DNA of 64,000 bases, from contig OZ242195.1 of assembly GCA_965205975.1 (NCBI GenBank), positions 4,320,001 to 4,384,000 on the forward strand. The letters run 5' to 3'. Of the stretch, positions 61,148-64,000 are shown piece by piece; the stretch's first letter is position 1; every line of letters begins with the position of its first letter. Both the position numbers and the translations under genes were made by a program. The notes under the pieces were generated by a model that had not been told where the DNA came from, made no database searches, and saw only the letters and a list, made by a program, of their open reading frames with translations. Source of the stretch: Candidatus Latescibacterota bacterium. GTDB lineage: Bacteria > Latescibacterota > UBA2968.

Positions 61148-61744
61148 ATGACTGTTACTGATTTTGAATCGCGAGTTTCGGCTTATGTAGATGGCGAAAT
61201 GAGTCCGGTTGAGATGGCAGAAATGGAGCGCAAAGCTGCGGAGTGCGAGCATTGTCGCGTTTTGTTAGCCGATGTGCAAGCCTTGAAAGAGCGTATGGCG
61301 CAATTGCCACGGGTTCGGCCATCGGCTGAGTTTGATTTTGCTCTTCGCAGCCATTTGGCTATGGCTATGGCGAAAGAAAAACAGCTTTTGCACAAAGCAC
61401 GGCGCACAATGTTTTCTTCTGTCTCGCGGACCATTACAACGCTGGCTGCGGCTGTGGTGATCGGTTTGGGGTTGACCCAGATGGTTTTCTATAGCGATAC
61501 TACACCTATCCCACAAGTTGCAGTGGAGCGTCCGGAAATTCCACTGGTGCCGGGCGAGAGATTGCCGAATGTTGATGTAGGTGCTCTGGAATTGGAGCGT
61601 TTGTCCAAGGAGTCTTATAGTCTGGATTCTCGTTATTATCGGGACTCAGCGCGTGTGGATTCCGCATCTCGGTTGAAGCAGCGGCCATCGAATATGCGCG
61701 ACCTGCGCGACGTGAAACAGGTTCCCGTTTCGTATTCATTTTGA
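61148..61744 (+). CDS. membrane-anchored anti-sigma factor (zf-HC2-like)
   Basis: SAYVDGEM, CEHC, one TM helix; directly after the sigma gene. Confidence 0.82.
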   Translation: MTVTDFESRVSAYVDGEMSPVEMAEMERKAAECEHCRVLLADVQALKERMAQLPRVRPSAEFDFALRSHLAMAMAKEKQLLHKARRTMFSSVSRTITTLAAAVVIGLGLTQMVFYSDTTPIPQVAVERPEIPLVPGERLPNVDVGALELERLSKESYSLDSRYYRDSARVDSASRLKQRPSNMRDLRDVKQVPVSYSF

Positions 61745-61776
61745 CGTTGACTCGACAAGTGGAGAGAGGCGGGGTC

Positions 61777-62889
61777 ATGAGATCTTTGTGTTGCGCAATG
61801 GCGTTGTGCCTGCTTGTTGTGGGCAATGGATGGACGGAAGAACGCAGCCTATTGTGCGCGCTTGAAGAGGAAATCGCGGCAATTTTGGAAGATAATCGGC
61901 AGAGTGTGGTGCGGATTCACACGCTGTATCCCCGTGCGCGGGCAGATAGCGGACCGTTTGGTTCGGTGTTTACCCACGGTACGGGGTTTATTTTTGATCC
62001 CCAGGGTTATATTTTAACGATTGAAGCCGCTATTGCAGATGCCGATGAGATTCGGGTGACGCTCGCTTCTGGCGTGCAGGTGCGAGCTGCGCTCGTGGGA
62101 GCAGATCCGATTTCGGGGATTGCTGTCATTCGCGTTGAGGCGGAAAATTTGCCCACGGTTGTGGTCGGAGATTCACAGCATATTAAAATTGGGCATTACG
62201 CCCTTTTGTTGGGTAATGACTTTGGTAATCTGGTGCCTGCTGTTGGGATGGTGCATGAGATATATCGGGATACGGATTTGTTTCAGGTGTCGGCTCGCGT
62301 GCAGAGCAGTTATGGCGGCGCACCTGTATTTTGCAGCAATGGGCGGGTTGGAGGTATGGTGTGGCGCTATGAAGACCCGGTTCGCGCCGTTGGACAAGAC
62401 AATAGCCCGCTGTTTGGGTGGGGTTCCATGCCGTCATCTGTTTTTGTTATTCCGATCAATCGCGCGATGCGGGTGGCGCGCGCACTGGTCGCACATGGGC
62501 AGATGGCGTATGGCAAATTGGGTGTGGAGGTTGCACCACGGGGCAACGAAGTGGTGGTGGTCAATGTGGAGGCCAATAGTCCTGCAACTGAGGGCGGGAT
62601 TCAGCCGGGCGATGTGGTGCTTTCATATCGCGGACGTGCCATTGCTGGTCCGACACATTTGAAGAGAATGGTGCTGGAAAGTACGCCGGGTGAGACCGCA
62701 ACACTGGGTATTCGGCGCAAGGGACAGGTGGTGGCGATACAGGTCGAACTGGATCAGATGGATAGTGCTGCTATGACCGCTTTGCGTCCAGCACCCTTGG
62801 TAAAGCCCGAAGACGCAGCAGTTTATCAACACATGAGTTATTTGCAACGCGAATTCGGGCGTTTGTGGCAAATTTTGCATCGCAAGTAG
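61777..62889 (+). CDS. HtrA/DegP-like trypsin-fold + PDZ protein, predicted catalytically inactive
   Basis: Signal peptide, GTGFIF, GADP, GDS, FVIPIN, PDZ (SPATEGGIQPGDVV); triad residues not seen. Confidence 0.8.
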   Translation: MRSLCCAMALCLLVVGNGWTEERSLLCALEEEIAAILEDNRQSVVRIHTLYPRARADSGPFGSVFTHGTGFIFDPQGYILTIEAAIADADEIRVTLASGVQVRAALVGADPISGIAVIRVEAENLPTVVVGDSQHIKIGHYALLLGNDFGNLVPAVGMVHEIYRDTDLFQVSARVQSSYGGAPVFCSNGRVGGMVWRYEDPVRAVGQDNSPLFGWGSMPSSVFVIPINRAMRVARALVAHGQMAYGKLGVEVAPRGNEVVVVNVEANSPATEGGIQPGDVVLSYRGRAIAGPTHLKRMVLESTPGETATLGIRRKGQVVAIQVELDQMDSAAMTALRPAPLVKPEDAAVYQHMSYLQREFGRLWQILHRK

Positions 62890-62905
62890 GTGTTTACAGT
62901 AAACG

Positions 62906-62940
62906 CAAAAAAGCGGTGGTCTTCGGATCACCGCTTTTTT
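62906..62940 (+). terminator. intrinsic terminator
   Basis: aaaaaagcggtggtc-ttcg-gatcaccgctttttt. Confidence 0.88.
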
Positions 62941-62993
62941 ATTTTTTCATGGTATGCTCTCTTCGACGAATCGTTAACCAGAGGAGTTAATTT

Positions 62994-64000
62994 ATGTTTG
63001 GTCCCGCTTCTGTTGCTGATTTTTTACCAGCTGATTTTGCCGATAATGAACTCGATTTGCCCTATTATTTGTCGCATTTTCATCGGGTTGCCAATGCTGT
63101 TGAGATGGATGGTCCGGATCGCGGCTTTATCAATCTTTCGGTCTGGCGGAGGCCGAAGGACAACAAACCGCACAATGCGCGCATTATGGAAAATATTCTG
63201 GCGCTGGCTTTCTTTTATTGCACTGACCGCCCCTGGAATGTGTTTTACGCACAGCCCGACCTGCGTCAGCGTCTCGAAGCTGCGCTCGACTTCTGGTGCG
63301 GCATTCAAAACGGGGATGGGCGTTTCAGCGAGTACGGTCCCGGCAATTGGAATCTCGCCGCCACTGCTTTTGCCACAAAGTTTATGGGGCAAACCCTCCA
63401 CCTGCTCGACAGCGGTCCTCCTATTGATCCAACTCTGCACCAGCGCGTCATAACCGCTGACCGCAAAGCACTCTATGCCACTTTTACTCTGGATGAATTG
63501 CAAACTCACGGTCGCAACTTTACCAATCAGTACGCCAATGCCTGGGGCGGCGCGCTGGCGTATCTGGATCTCTTTCCCGATGCAGAACTCGAGCGTTTGC
63601 TCGATCAGCGTCTTGAAGATAGTCTGACTGAATTTCAGAGTCCAGCGGGTTATTTTTACGAGCGTAGCGGTCCCGATTGGGGCTATTTTCTTGGCACTCA
63701 CCACAGCGATATCCACGTTGCCTATCACTATGCTCGCGGCACGGATCGGGCGTCCATTTTTCTGGAAAAAGAACGGCGCTGGTACGATTGGTTTTCCTAC
63801 AATGCCGTGCGCGAACCAGATGGCACGGGTTACGCGCTCAACCGCGGTATTGAAACCCGCCAGCAGAGAGCTTTTCTCACTGAGTATCGCGCCAATCTCG
63901 GCGGTGCCGAGAGGTCTAATTCTGGGGATATCGACACGACTGCCCTCGGCGAAGAACTCGAATTACCCCGCGCTTATGGTCGCACGGCTGAAGCACATGC
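62994..64000 (+). CDS. hypothetical protein, truncated at window end (possibly alpha/alpha-barrel enzyme)
   Basis: GAGGAG RBS, ATG 62994, open frame MFGPASVADFLP...QNGDGRFSEY...QSPAGYFYE..GPDWGY; absent from the ORF track because it has no stop in the window. Confidence 0.75.
   Translation, partial: MFGPASVADFLPADFADNELDLPYYLSHFHRVANAVEMDGPDRGFINLSVWRRPKDNKPHNARIMENILALAFFYCTDRPWNVFYAQPDLRQRLEAALDFWCGIQNGDGRFSEYGPGNWNLAATAFATKFMGQTLHLLDSGPPIDPTLHQRVITADRKALYATFTLDELQTHGRNFTNQYANAWGGALAYLDLFPDAELERLLDQRLEDSLTEFQSPAGYFYERSGPDWGYFLGTHHSDIHVAYHYARGTDRASIFLEKERRWYDWFSYNAVREPDGTGYALNRGIETRQQRAFLTEYRANLGGAERSNSGDIDTTALGEELELPRAYGRTAEAH

Noticed and set aside
62890..63728. 187-aa plus and 234-aa minus ORFs
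   Set aside because: Both overlap the better-supported frame starting at 62994

Overview
Bacterial chromosomal window with about 50 genes. The gene repertoire (C-terminal DxDGDGxVDFxDF EF-hand/dockerin-like tail, two DUF6785-type membrane proteins, PhyH dioxygenases, sulfatase, a giant Calx-beta/cadherin-like autotransporter) suggests a Latescibacterota/Gemmatimonadota-like marine or sponge-associated organism; this is inference only. Core genes: complete F1Fo ATP synthase operon (atpZ-I-B-E-F-H-A-G-D-C), nadE, a ppiD/surA-like chaperone, rnd, msrB, bioA-bioD, acs, and an ECF sigma/anti-sigma/HtrA-like triad. Accessory elements: a YhcG/DUF1016 nuclease, a HaeII-like type II R-M pair bracketed by ~100-bp diverged direct repeats, a RelE/ParE-like TA pair, a MITE and several REP-like palindrome families. 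Highlights: (1) a UGA-recoded UGSC-motif selenoprotein, split in the ORF track, with a SECIS-like hairpin; it lies between a CxxC-thioredoxin fusion protein and msrB, downstream of a near-consensus sigma-54 promoter and a perfect 22-bp palindrome; (2) an HtrA-like protein lacking all three catalytic residues; (3) the R-M insertion with a long target duplication; (4) an exact 31-bp hairpin-forming repeat inside yhcG; (5) a palindrome family with covarying stems, including a nested copy.
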